Positions 49,454 to 62,200 of a stretch of DNA of 64,000 bases are shown piece by piece. Position numbers and translations under genes: made by a program. Origin of the DNA: Pristiophorus japonicus (taxonomy: Eukaryota). The notes under the pieces were generated by a model. That model made no database searches, was not told the DNA's origin, and was given only the letters and a program-made list of their open reading frames with translations. The stretch covers positions 177,816,001-177,880,000 of the forward strand of contig NC_091984.1 of NCBI RefSeq assembly GCF_044704955.1, in the 5' to 3' direction. How positions within the stretch are numbered: the first letter of the stretch is position 1; each line of letters opens with the position of its first letter.

Positions 49454-49502
49454 ATGTCTTATTGAATCCGTATCGTCAGTGCGTTGGTGTTTTGCGCAGT
49501 TT
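49454..49502 (+). pseudogene. Cluster 2 leader exon
   Basis: MSY*IRIVSALVFCAV, followed by GTGAGT at 49503. TGA at 49463-49465. Confidence 0.85.
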
Positions 49503-49597
49503 GTGAGTATTTTGCTTTCACTTGCCGATTAGATATTAGCTTGAAGACTATGCTCTCACTGACCTGCCACTTTTCTGTGATTGATCCATATTTTCAG

Positions 49598-49941
49598 ATT
49601 TAAACCCGCAAGTTAAGGTAAACCGGCCGCTTTCGATGTCAACTTCTCCGGGAAACGATGTCCAATAAGTTGTACCAGGTCTGGTGGCAGTTTAGGAAGC
49701 AATCGTGTCTACAGGTACCAGCGGATTCCTGGGAATACGCCCCGGCTTCTAGTCTCCTATTATTCAGGAAGCAGCATTTACAGAGGACCGGGTATTTCAG
49801 CACGTTTCTCCGGCTCCGTATCAGGCACTACGGGAACGTTTACAATGTCTAATATACAATCGGAGGACGCTGCGGTCTATTACTGTGCTATGCGGTCGAA
49901 CGGTGTAATCTTCGGTAAATGAAGGAGATTGAGTGTTGGCA
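49598..49941 (+). pseudogene. Cluster 2 germline-joined VJ exon
   Basis: TTTTCAG acceptor. QVKVNRPLSMSTSPGNDVQ / ISCTRSGGSLGSNRVYR(W>R)YQ..PRLLVSYYSGSSIYRGPGISARFSGS..EDAAVYYCAMRSNGVIFGK*RRLSVG, donor GTAAGC at 49942. Not shown correctly in the ORF track. Confidence 0.92.
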
Positions 49942-52331
49942 GTAAGCAAAATCCCTTCATTTGTACAGTTCTATGTTTTGTTTACCTTAGAGCAAAATAA
50001 TTAAGTTGTGTAATGTATTATTTGGCTCAATTCAATTGTTTTAAAAAGTGACCTTTTCGAAATGACTTGATTTTTACTGAGTCTCCTTTGGCACCTCAGT
50101 TGGAAGTAACACTAGCTAAATGAGCGAATGACCGTCCAACTTCAGAAGATTTTCACCTGTTCTTACTACAAGTTGCATCTTCACTTGGTGCTGAATTAAT
50201 TTAAATCAAAGCAGGATAAGAATTGGACTCCATATCGCCAGGTTAGGCAACAGGAAAGATGAATCAAGTGTATCGCTCTTGATTGAGTCCCAGTGATTCT
50301 GTTGGAAGTTGCGTTGACTGCATCTCAGGTGAGAGAGTCAAGCCACGATATGATGTCCGGTCGCAAACCTTGCTAACAGTCATTGTGACTGGTGCCGCGG
50401 CAACCACAGTCCAGTGAACGCCACCGCTTTTTGGAGAAGAATACAAATTGAAAGGAAACAAATTCTACAACATATCTTAAATTCTGCCACCAATGCAATA
50501 CCCTATAATCTCCCTATCCACAATTCGACTTAAACTAATTAATGTGGCCCTAGACTGCCTTTGTGATGATTCGATACGCCTGATATTAACCCTAATAAGA
50601 CTTAAAATGCTATAACCATTTATGAGATTTGATTTTATATTCCTGAAATGGTAATTTGTTGTCAGCAGCGACTGTACAGGAATCAGTAGAGAGCTATCCT
50701 CTCGCAAGGTATTAGCTACGTTAATAACGCGTTCATTTCGAGTGCTCTTACATTTTCCCTAAAATGGCCAGCAAAGTAATGCTCCCTGCAACGTTTACGA
50801 CGTGACTGATACATGGAGGTTGGAGGCAATTCCTTTTCACTAATTAAAATTAAGGACCGACCGGACGCATTTCGGTTCCGGCTATCTCAGAGCGATCCTT
50901 CCCCACGTTAAACTATACCGTGCGAAATCCTGATAGGATCGACTTCTCTCTTCATGGTTGTTTTGTTGATATTTAAAATAAGAGACTAACCAATTCAGTT
51001 TAAACTGTTTAATGCCTTTGTTAACATAGGTAAGAATTTCACAGGATTATTTCAGCGCATTGATATATTAATATCTCAGAGACAAATTTTAATCTGAATG
51101 CCGTTTTAAAACAAATGTGGGCAGGGAACAAAATATAGAGCCTTTAGAATATTAAAGACCTAATTTCTTGTAACTGAATAGCGCCATGATCATTACTCTG
51201 AGCTTTTTAACCGTTCATATATTTGCTTGCCTATTTAACTCCACAGTTCCTGATCATTATTTGGTGATCTGTAGTTTTCCCGAACGCTGTCTGCTTAATG
51301 TGAACTTTGCAATTTATTTGTAATTTTTTAAATCACGATGCTTATGGGATACGATGTGAGATAATAAAAGGCGGTCACACTCTCATTGTATAGAATGTGG
51401 ATATTCTATAGTGAAGTAAGTTGTGGAATGATTCACGGGGTCAGCGCAACCTAAACATATAAACATGTAAAGACCTATAAGTAAAACTAAAGTGCGTATT
51501 TAATATGAGTTCAGCATCAACCCGTATTAAAACAGTTGAAAATCTGCTTGAGGTATTACAAAAGAAAGAGTAGATGTTTCTGTCCAAATAACGAAAGGAG
51601 CAAGATTTGCTGTTCCACTACAGAAACCTGAACTGAGTTAGTTGTTATAATGCACAATTTAATATTTCGAAAAAGTGGATAACGTTGAACTTTTCAAATC
51701 TCATAAAAAAACGTGTCTAATGTCGGCGTCACGCGATTACTGCTCGCCAGTGACTAAGGCGGTTAGATTTTAAAGCGCCAAGATGTTTGATCTGTACTAC
51801 GTTGCCTGCACACATAGAACATTGATGTTCTTATATTCATAAAATACATAAGTGATAGGTCGGTCTTGCCTCTTGATGACTTAACAGCTGAACCATGTGA
51901 ACGTATCACAATAAGATATAAGAGGGTCAGTGGAGTCTTGACACTGCAATAGTGTGAAACGGGTGATAAAGAATCGGCAGCACGTTTTACAGATCTCTGG
52001 CTTTTATATAAGTTGAATTCAATAAAAATAAAAAGGCAGATACATGGAAAATGAGCTGGCGATTCACTACCATCCATTTTACACCATCATACAAAGTCAA
52101 GATTTATCCCAGTATCTTTAAACCACATTATTCACCGAAGCATTTCAGCTGAAAAATACTTAACGTGCCCATAGTATGAATGTAATTTTCTGCAATATGT
52201 ATATTGCAAAGGGGTCTAGTTATTGTATTGAATGGATTGATACAATACAAAAAAATGATTTTCAACTAATATTATTCTTCAGGCTAAGCAATTCCCCAAC
52301 AATACTAAACCGTGATCGTTTTTTTAAATAA

Positions 52332-52654
52332 ATCCCCGGGCTCCCTCCGTGTCCGTCCTTTCGCCTTCATCGGATCAAATCGCAGCAAAGAACACGACGA
52401 TCCTGGAGTGTTTGGTAAACGGCTTTATCCCGGGCGCTGTGGAGATTGAGTGGACTGCAGATGGCAGTGTGAGAGGGAATGGTGTTGAGACCAGTCAGCT
52501 CCAGCAGGAGACGGACAACACCTTCAGTGTGAGCAGTTATCTGACTCTGCCAGCCTCAGAGTGGAAATCACACGAGCGATACTCCTGTGTGGTTAAACAC
52601 GAGACTCAGGCAAGTCCGCTTCAAAAAAAGCATCGCCAGATCCAGTTGTATCTG
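52332..52654 (+). pseudogene. Cluster 2 lambda constant exon
   Basis: PRAPSVSVLSPSSDQIAAKN..LECLVNGF..IEW..YSCVVKHE. Acceptor AG is AA at 52330-52331. An extra A in the run at ~52623 removes the terminal Cys, and the ORF runs on to 52759. Confidence 0.92.
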
Positions 52655-52968
52655 TTTCGGAAACTGAGCTTGACCGAACTGAGACAGTTCCCTTATCTCC
52701 ATTCATTTCCTTCATGTGACAAAAAAAGGTTAGAAATTTATTGTACTTCGAAGGTTTAAGAAAAATAACCATTGTGATTGGAACTTCATTGTTTAAAACG
52801 TGTTAATTTTAAATACTCTTCGATCGAAAGCTTTTTGTTGATAATTGAAACCTCAATGTTAATTAATCCAGCTTATATGCATCCAATAACGTTAATTTAA
52901 AGGCAACAATATGATTATTGCATCCTAAGGAATTTGCTTACTGCTCATTTATTCATATACAGCTGTTG

Positions 52969-52974
52969 AATAAA
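52969..52974 (+). terminator. Poly(A) signal of cluster 2
   Basis: AATAAA at the position homologous to 13149. Confidence 0.7.
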
Positions 52975-53059
52975 ATGATTGATTCAATCTCCAATGGAAT
53001 ACGGTTTTTCGTTTATTTTATTTTCGATCAAAATAAGAAATATCAATAATGTGTCGGCT

Positions 53060-56000
53060 CTTTACAATAGCTATCCATTTAGTCCCACTGACCTGTTCTT
53101 CCTCGTCGCCCGGTCAATTTCCCCCTTGAACTATTTTTCCATTACACTTTTGCAAGTTATTATTGAAGCTGCTTCCAGCACCCTGCTAGGTGTTGCATTC
53201 TACATCATAACAAATCGCTGCGTTATCTGTTTCCTCATGTCGCCTCTGGTTCTTTTGGAAATTATCTTAAATCAGTGTAATCTTGTTACCGACCCTGCTG
53301 CCACGGGAAACAAGTTTACTGTATCAAAACTTTCATGATTTTGAACATCTCTAACTAATCTCCCCTTAAACTTATCTGATCGATGGAGAACAACCCCGAT
53401 GTCTCTCGTCTATCTGCTAAATCAAAATATTTCAACTCTGGTATCATCCTGACAAATCTCTTCTGCGCCCTCTCTAAGGCCTTGCCATCTCTCCTAAAAT
53501 TTGCTAACCAGAATTAGATACAATACTCCAACTGGGGCCTAACCATTGTTCTTTAATGGTTTAGCATGAAGTCGTTGCTTTTCAACTTTCTAGATCTATT
53601 CATAAAGCCAAGGTTCCTGTATGCCTTTTTCTAACAATAATCACAATCTGTCCTTCCATCTTCAAAGACTTATAGCCCTACAGCCCCAGGTCTCTCTTTC
53701 CGGCTTCCCCTTTGAAATGATACCATTTAGTTAATATTGCCCCCCGAAGTCTGTTTCCATTCTCCTCACGGTTTACTACATTTCCGAATTTCGCTTCAGC
53801 TGCAAACTTTGAAATTATGACCTGTATGCGCAACTCCTGTAATTATATATGAAGACGAGCAGTGGTCCCAACATCATCATCATCATAGGCAGTCCCTCGG
53901 AATCGAAGAAGACTTGTTGCCACTCTTAAAATGAGTCCTTAAGTGCCTGAACTGACCAATACGAGAACGACATTCCCTGTCACAGGTGGGACAGATAGTT
54001 GGTGAGGGTAAGGGAGGGTGGGACAGGTTTACCCCATGCACTTTCCACTGCCTGTGCTTGATTTCTGCATGCTCTCGGTGATGAGACTCGAGGTGCTCAG
54101 CGCCCTCCCGGATGCACTTCTTCCACATAGGGCGTGCTTTGGCCAGGGACTCCCAGGTGCCAGTGGGAATGTTGCACTTTATCAGGAAGGCTTTGAGGGT
54201 GTACTTGTAACGTTTCCTCTGCGCATCATTGGCTTATTTGCCATGAAGGAGTTCCGAGTAGAGCACTTGCTTTGGGAGTCTCGTGTCTGGTATGCGGACA
54301 ATCTGGCCTGCCCAGTGGAGCTGATCACGTGTGCTCAGTGTTTCAATGCTAGGGATGTTGGCCTGGTCGAGGACACTAATGTTGGTGAGTCTGTCCTCCC
54401 AGGCGATTTGTAGGATCTTGCGGAGACATCATTGGTGGTATTTCTCCAGCGACTTGAGGTGTCTACTGTACATGGTCCATATCTCTGAGCCATACAGGAG
54501 GACAGATATTACTTCAGTCCTGTAGACTATGAGCTTGGAGGCAGATTTAAATGCCTGGTCTTCGAACACCCCTTTCCTCAGGCGGCCGAAGGCTGCACTG
54601 GCACACTGGAGGCGGTGTTAAATCTCGTTATCAATGTCTACTCTGGTTGATAAGAGGCTCCTGAGGTATGGGAAATGGGTAACGTTGTCCAGGGCAGCGC
54701 CCTGGATATTGATGATTGGGTGGCAGTGCTGTGCCGCGAGGACAGGCTGGTGGGGCCCCTTTGTTTTACGGATGTTTAGCATAAGGCCCATGCTTTTGTA
54801 TGCCTCAGTAAATAGCTCGACTACGTTTTGAAGTTCAGCCTCAGTATGTGCGCAGACGCAAGCATTGTCTGCTTACTGAAAGTCAATGATAGAGGTTGGA
54901 GTGGTCTTGGACCTGGTCTGGAGATGGCGAAGGTTGATCAGGTTACCACTAGCTCTGTTGTTTAGTTCCACTCCAGCGGGGAGCTTATTGACTGTGAGGT
55001 GGGGCATAGCAGCGAGGAAGACTGAGAAGAGGGTTGGGCGATGACGCAGCCTTATTTAACCCTGGTCTAGATGTGGATTAGGTCTGTAATGGATCAGTTG
55101 GTAAGGATCATGGCCTGCATGTTGTTGTTGAGCAGGTAGAGGATGTTGACGAACTTTTGGGGGCATCCAAAATGGAGGAGGATGCTCCATAGACCCTCTT
55201 GCTTGGCAGTGTCAAAGGTCTTTGTAAGGTCGAAGAAGGCCATGTATAAGGACTGGCGCTGCTACCTGCATTTTTCCTGCAGCTGTTGCACTGCAAAAAT
55301 CATATCCGTTGTACCCTGTAGGAGACGAAATCCACACTGTGACTCCGGGAGGACCTCCTCGGCTACAGGGAGAATACGGTTGAGGAGGACTCTCGTGACG
55401 ACTTTCCCAGTGGCTGGTAGCAGGGAGATTCCTCTCTAGTTGCCGCAGTCAGAATTGTCCCCCTTTTTAAAGATGGGCATGATCGCTGCATCTCTGATAT
55501 CTCCCGGCATGCTCTCCTCCCCCAGATGAGAGAGATGAGGTCATGTATTCGTGCCAACAGTATCTTTCCACCACACTTCAGTGCCTCAGCAGGGATTCCA
55601 TCCGCTCCCGTAGCCTTGTTGTTCCAACAATGAGTCCTGGGAACACCACATTGCACTTCCCTCCTTTGTAGAAAATACGCCGTTCAGGACTACACTCTGC
55701 CTTCTGTCCCTTGGCCAATCCACGGAGACACTGCTCCTTTAATCCCATGGCTATAATTTTTCTTACAAAGCTATTATGTGGCACTTTATAAGTCGCCTTT
55801 TGAAAATCCATATACACAACATCAGCCACCTTGCCCTCATCAACCTTCCCCGTTACTTCATGAACAAGTTCAATCTAATTAGTCGAGCACGGTTAATCGT
55901 TAACAAATCTGTACTTGCTCTCATTTATTAATCCATATTTTTCTATGTTCCAATATATTTTGTCATGGTTTATTGTCTCGAAAAGTTGTTTGCTGGGTTG

Positions 56001-56260
56001 ATTCCTTCACCTTTTTTAAATAGGTGTATAATATTTGCAATGTACTAGTGCTCTGGCACCGCTTCTATATCTAAGGAGGATTGGAAGATTGCCACCAGAG
56101 CCTCCACTATTTCCAATCTTACTTCCCTCAGCAAATCAGGGTGCATCCCATCTGTACCGGGTTACTTTTCTACTTTAAGCGCTGCCAACCTTTTAAGTAC
56201 CCCTTCTTTATTTATGTTTTATCCTATACAATTTCTCTACTACTTCTACCTTTACTGTTA
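53060..56260 (-). mobile_element. Degenerate CR1 split by an RTE
   Basis: ADVVYMDFQKATYKVPH (55578-55829); 3' part at 53060-53870. Confidence 0.7.
53874..55623 (-). mobile_element. 5'-truncated RTE-clade LINE
   Basis: Same family as 26914-28735. (ATG)n tail, CCAACA flanks at 53868-53873 and 55624-55629. Confidence 0.88.
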
Positions 56261-56264
56261 TCGC

Positions 56265-59200
56265 TTTGGGAGGCAATAACACACTCAATGATTTTGAAGT
56301 GGAACCGGAGGTTGGAGACGGTATGGTAGTTTACAAGGGAAGCGAGGCCAAGTGTTTTTTTTTTGAGGACAGAAGTGATGATAGCAGTTTTCAAACGAAG
56401 AGGTCCATGCTTGAGCAGAGGGAGCTATTTACAATGTTAGCTGGCATGGGGGCTAAGAAAGGACGCGGGGTGGTCAGCAGTTTAGTGAGAACGTGTCAAG
56501 AACAACATGTAGTTCCCTGGACAAAATTAGCTTTAAGGGGGGAATATGAAAAAAACTAGAAAAAGTTAGAGTTTCGGGCATAGGGCAGCGAGGAAGGGGA
56601 AGCACAGATGCAACTGATTGGTAGTCTAAATCATCGTGACAGAGAAATTCGTGAACTCCTCACACTGGCCAAAGGCAAGTAAGCACCGATTTATGAAAGG
56701 GAAATCGTGTTTAGCAAATCTGTTAGAATTATTTGAGTTTGTAACTAGGCAGTTAGATAAGGATGTAGTTTATTTTGATATTCAAAAAGCATTTGCTATG
56801 GTGCCACACAATATTATAGAAAATTAGTGTTCATGGAATTCGGTATAATATATCAGCATGATGATTGGTTATGGGACATAAAGTAGGAATAAACAGATAA
56901 TGTTCGTTTTGGCAGGCTGTAACTAGTGGGGCATCGCAAGGATCAGTGCTTGGGCTTCAGCTACTTACAATCTATATCAATGACTTAGATGAGCCAATGG
57001 AGTATAATGTATCCAAGTATGCTGACGATACAAAGCTAGGTGGGAAAGTAAGTTGTGAGGAGAATGCAAAAAGGCTGCACAGGAATATAAACAGGTTAAG
57101 TGAGTTGGCAAGAACATGGCAGATGGATTACTATGGGGAGATTTCTGAAGTTATCCACTTTGATAGGAAAAATAGAAAAGCAGAGTATTTTTTAAATGGT
57201 GAGAGATTGGGCAACGTTGGCACTCAGGGACCTGGGTGTTCTTGTTAAATGAATGACAGAAAGTTATCATACAGATACAGCAAGCAATTAGGAAAGCAAA
57301 TGGCATGTTAGCTTTAATTGCAAAAAGATTGGCTATAAGAGTAACGAAGTTTACTCAAAGGTTATAGGATACCACATCTGGACTACTGTGCACAGATTTT
57401 GTCTCCTTACCTAAGGGAGCCTTAGGGAGATTGCAACGAAAGCTCACTAGACTGATTCCTGGCTGGGGAGTCTTGAAGTAGGGGCTCACATTCTTAGAAT
57501 AATAATTCGGCCATTGATGATTGAGCTGAGGAGAAATCTCTTCTCTCAAAGAGGTATGAATCTTTGGAATTCTGAACCCCAGAGGGATATGGCTGATCAG
57601 CCGTTGAATATATTCATGACAGGGACGATTGCATTTTGGATATTAAGGGAAGGAAGGTATATTGCAATGTTGCGGGAAGTTAGAGTTGAGGTAGAAGATC
57701 AGCCATGATCTTATTGAATGACGTAATAGATTCAAAGGGCCGAATGACCTACTCCTGCTACTATTTCTTATGTTCTTCAATAAAGGAATATGTTTATTTA
57801 AACTAAATCACAGAATCCTGCCCAAATTATCAGTGTATTTTCAGGGAATAGACGCCATCCCAAGTCGCATCATGACCTCTACTTTGACTCATACTCGTGC
57901 ATAGGTATGTGCAACATGTATGATTGCTCCTTCTGTTGATCCCAGATAGTGGAGACTTTTTGATATTCTTTTCTCGCTAAATGAAAAACATCCCAAATCA
58001 GAAAAAGTGTTGACTGCACGGTTGTCCAAACGTAAGGTGAATAAATCCCTGGTGCTGGACAAGCTGTACACGATCATTCTTAAGAATATAAGGGAGTAAA
58101 TTGCAGGAACTTTGGCACAAATATTCCAGAAATCGCTGAATACTGGAGAGGTAATGGGACTGAAAACCAATAAATCCAGAGAAACTGATAGCCTACATGC
58201 TAGTGTTTTGCAAGAGGTAGCTATAGAGATAGTGGATGCATTGGTTGTCATATTCCAAGATTCCACAGATTCTAGAATGGTTTCCGTATATTGGAAGGTA
58301 GAAAATGTAACTCCACTATTTAAGAAAGCAGAAAGAGAGAAAATGGGGAACTACAAACATCAGGAGTAGGGAAAATGCTAGAATCTATTATTAAGGGTGT
58401 GGTAACATGGCACATTGAAAAGAATAATAACATTGCTTAGAGTCAACACTGATTTATGGAAGGGAAATCATGTTCGACAAATCTGTTAAGAGTTTTTTGA
58501 GGTTGTTAGTACCAGAATAGATAGAAACCAGTAGATGTGGTGTATTTGGATTTTCAGAAGGCATTCGGTAAGGTGCCACATAAGCGGTTATAAAACAACA
58601 TTGGAACTCATGGTATTGGATGTAATATACTAGCATGGATTGAGCATTGGGTAATGGACAGAATACAGAGAACAGGAATAACGGATCATTTTCCAGTTGG
58701 CAGGCTAGTGGGGTACCGCAAGGACCGGTGCTTGTGCCTCAGCTATTCACAATATATGTCAATGATTTGGATGAGGGGACCAAATGTAATATATCCACTG
58801 TTGCTGATGATACAAAGGTAAGTGGGAATTTAAGTTGTGAGGAGGATGCAAAGAGGCTTTGAGGAGATATAGACAGGCTATGTGAGTGGACAAGGAGATG
58901 CCAAATGGAATATAAGGTAGAGAAATGTGAAGTTATCAACTTTGGTAGGAAAAATAGAAAAGCAGAGTATTTTTTAAATGGTGAGACATTGGGAAATGTT
59001 GGTAATCAGAGGGATCTGGATGTCCTTGTACACGAATCGCTAAATGTAAACATGCAGGTACAGCAAACAATAAGGAAAGCAGATGGTATATTGGTCTTTA
59101 TTATAAGAGGATTTGTGTATGAGAGTAAAGATGTCGACTGCAAGTAATGTAGGGCCCTGGTGATACCACTCCTGGATTATTGCGTGTACTTTTGTTCTCC

Positions 59201-62200
59201 TTACCTAAGGAAGGATTTACTTACCATAGAGGGAATGCAACGAAGGATCACCAGCCTGATTCCTGGGATGGTGCAATTGGCCTATGATGAGAGATTGAGT
59301 AGACTAGGCCTATAGTCTCTAGAGTTTTGAAGAATGATGGGTGATCTCATTGAAACTTACAACATTTTTACAGAGCTTAACAGCGTAGGTGCAGGGAAGG
59401 ATGTTTCCCCTGACTGGGGAGGCTAGAACCAAAAGTTTACAGTCTCAGAATAGAGGGTCCACCATTTAGGACTGAGATGAGGAGAAATTTCTTCCCTCCA
59501 AGAGTTGTGAATCATAGGAATTATCTATCCTAGCGGCCTTTGGAAACTCAGATGTTGAGTATATTCAAGACAGAGATCGATATATTTTTGGATATTAATG
59601 GAATCAAGCGATAGCGGGATAGTGTAGGCAAGTGGAGTTGAGGCAGAAGATCAGCGATTATCTCATTGAATGGCGCAGCAGGCTCGAGGGGCCAAATGGC
59701 CTACTCCTGCACTTATTTCTTATGTTCTCATGAAAATGGATGTAGCGAAATGGAAAGTGCCACATAGGGTGACATATTTCTTACGAAAGCACTATTATCC
59801 CATGTCTCCTGGGTTGTTAGCTTGCTAGCGAGATCCATTGCTGTGCAACTGTCTCCGAGACAATCCTTTGCCATCCTTTATCCTTTGTCCCAAGCTTGTC
59901 TCTTTCACTGTTTAAGTTCCCTATGCTTTAATAGTGGCTGCATTTTATTCCTGACAACAAGTTCAAGCTGCAAGTTTAAAGTTACCTGGGCCCACCACAC
60001 ATCAGAGAGCACTGAATCTTTGCTCAAATTAGGCTTTACCTTTCGAAGAATACGCTACTTCACTGGACAATGATGGACTGTTTTTTAAGACTCAGCTGCT
60101 GTGACTCTGATCTTCTATTCAATTATATTAATTTTAGGATAATTTATCTAGTGTACAGGTCCTCCCGACTACTGTTGGTCCTATTGGTATATCAGCTTTA
60201 TTTTGCTGCAGTGTGGATCCTGTCAAGAAATTCACTCTGGAAGCAAGTGCATTGTTCTGCTATCCTTGGATCTTATAGTGACCCCCAACTTCCGCTCCAT
60301 TTTTCTTCTCTGCGATCGGTTTTGCACACTCCCTGGCTCTTCATTTCCATGGGAATACATCCATCCATGCGTCCTCCGATACTCTACCCATCAAATAGCT
60401 TGTGGACTCATTCGCCCTCTACATCTGTCCTAAAACTGGACATCAGTTCAACGAAGTTTCAAGCTTACTCCACCCTATCTACCTGATCTTTATTCCACAA
60501 CGGGACTCATATTTTAACGTTGGAGTCCCTCTTACTTCTCCTCCATAATTATGTTTAATATTGGGACATATCTCTACTAATCTTGCTATTTAACCGCGTT
60601 TACGTGATTTCAGTTTCCCTGTGTGCATGTTTTGGCTGCCACACCATTATTTCAATTCTATTTCCCCGGTTTTTTATTTTTCTTTACGCCTTCTAGTCGC
60701 CATTTTTCTGTCTCCGTGCCTCCTTTCATTTCTCTCCTTGCAGGTACTCTGCAACGCCCCTCCCCCCTCAAATCCATACTCCACTCCTTCAGCAACCATT
60801 GACCTTCCCACTCTCCTACCGCCATCCCAGGCTTGACTCACTCTTAGATAATGCTACAGCTTGCGTCTGTGACTCTCTTGACATCCACCGAAAAGCCTAT
60901 CGTGGGGCTACCGTCCTTGTCTCCTAATGAGTAGCATAACCAACGTCCCCATCCTACTCTCTCACCAACCTTCCCGCCCAGCACGTCCACTGGGAGTCAA
61001 TCTTGCCAATCTCCTATTCACCACGCTCACCCCTCCCAGCGTTGCTCCCGTCGACTCTGACAATGAAACATTTCTGCATCTCCCTCCAGAATGTCGTTCA
61101 CTTGTGACCATATACTTGCCACCTGTAAGTTTAATCTGGATGATTGCATCAACATCATGGCTTAGACAGAAACTTGGCTGACAGGTGAGAAGCCGTTCCC
61201 ACTTAATGAAGGCTCCAAATTAACAACCCATTTCAACCTGTGTTTCCTCTCCAAAGTAATTGAACATGATTTTGCCTCCAAAAATATGCCCAGCTAACAT
61301 GCAACTCCATGTTTGAACCTCCATTCATGTTTCTGCCATGCTGCAGTCCTGAAGCGGCCCTCACAAATGACACAATTGACGTCCTACGTGGCTGTGACAG
61401 TATTCAATAATCCCACCTCATCTTTCTCAATATGTCTGCAGCATTTAACAGAGCTGACCACCCCATCCACCTCAAACACATCTCCGTCGGGTGTGTGCGA
61501 TTCCACCCTTGCATCAACTCATCTGTTGCTGAACCCATCACCCATGTTACTTCTATATTTAACTATTCTAATGTTCTTTAGCCTATTTCCCAACTTCGAT
61601 ACTCCATAAACTTGAAACACCTAAAATCTGCTGCCCTTAGCCCAAGTTGCACCACGTTCTGTTCCACCATCTGATCTTTGATTCTTGAACTACATTGACA
61701 CCCGGTCCACCAAAACCTTGATTTTAAAATCCCTCCTGGGCTTGCTCCTCGATATCTGTGCAAATCAGCCAGCCCTACAGTACTCCTATTCTAGCCTCTT
61801 GGGCATTCCCAATTTTTACTGCTCCATCATTGGTGGCAGTGCCTTCAGCTGCTTGGGCCCTAGGCTCCGCAATTCCCTCCCTAAGCGTCTCGGCGTCCCT
61901 CCCTCTCTTTCTTCCTTTATGTTGCTCCTTTAAACCAAGCTTGTGGTCCAAGCTTTTGGTCCCCTGTCCTAACTTCTTCTTTCGTGGCTCGGTGTCAAAT
62001 TTTGTATGATAACACTCCTGTGAAGCGTCTTGTGTCATTTTACCTCGTTAAATGCAAGTTGTTATTTTTGTTGGTAGAACAAAAGTAAAGTGCATTGATA
62101 ATGAAAGAGATCATGGATTCTTAATTGACTATAAATTGAAGCTATCGCAACAATCCTCGGTGGCAGTGAGTAAAGTATATCTGACGTTGGGCTGCTTTAA

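Larger units (their letters stand above)
49454..52654 (+). pseudogene. IGL: Ig lambda light-chain cluster 2: leader, germline-joined VJ, C
   Basis: Same architecture as cluster 1. Leader stop, V frameshift, stop in J, dead C acceptor and C-terminal frameshift. Confidence 0.92.

Noticed and set aside
4704-52759. Functional Ig light-chain genes or RSS-flanked split V and J segments
   Set aside because: Both clusters have several inactivating lesions. V and J are already fused and no heptamer-spacer-nonamer pairs were seen.
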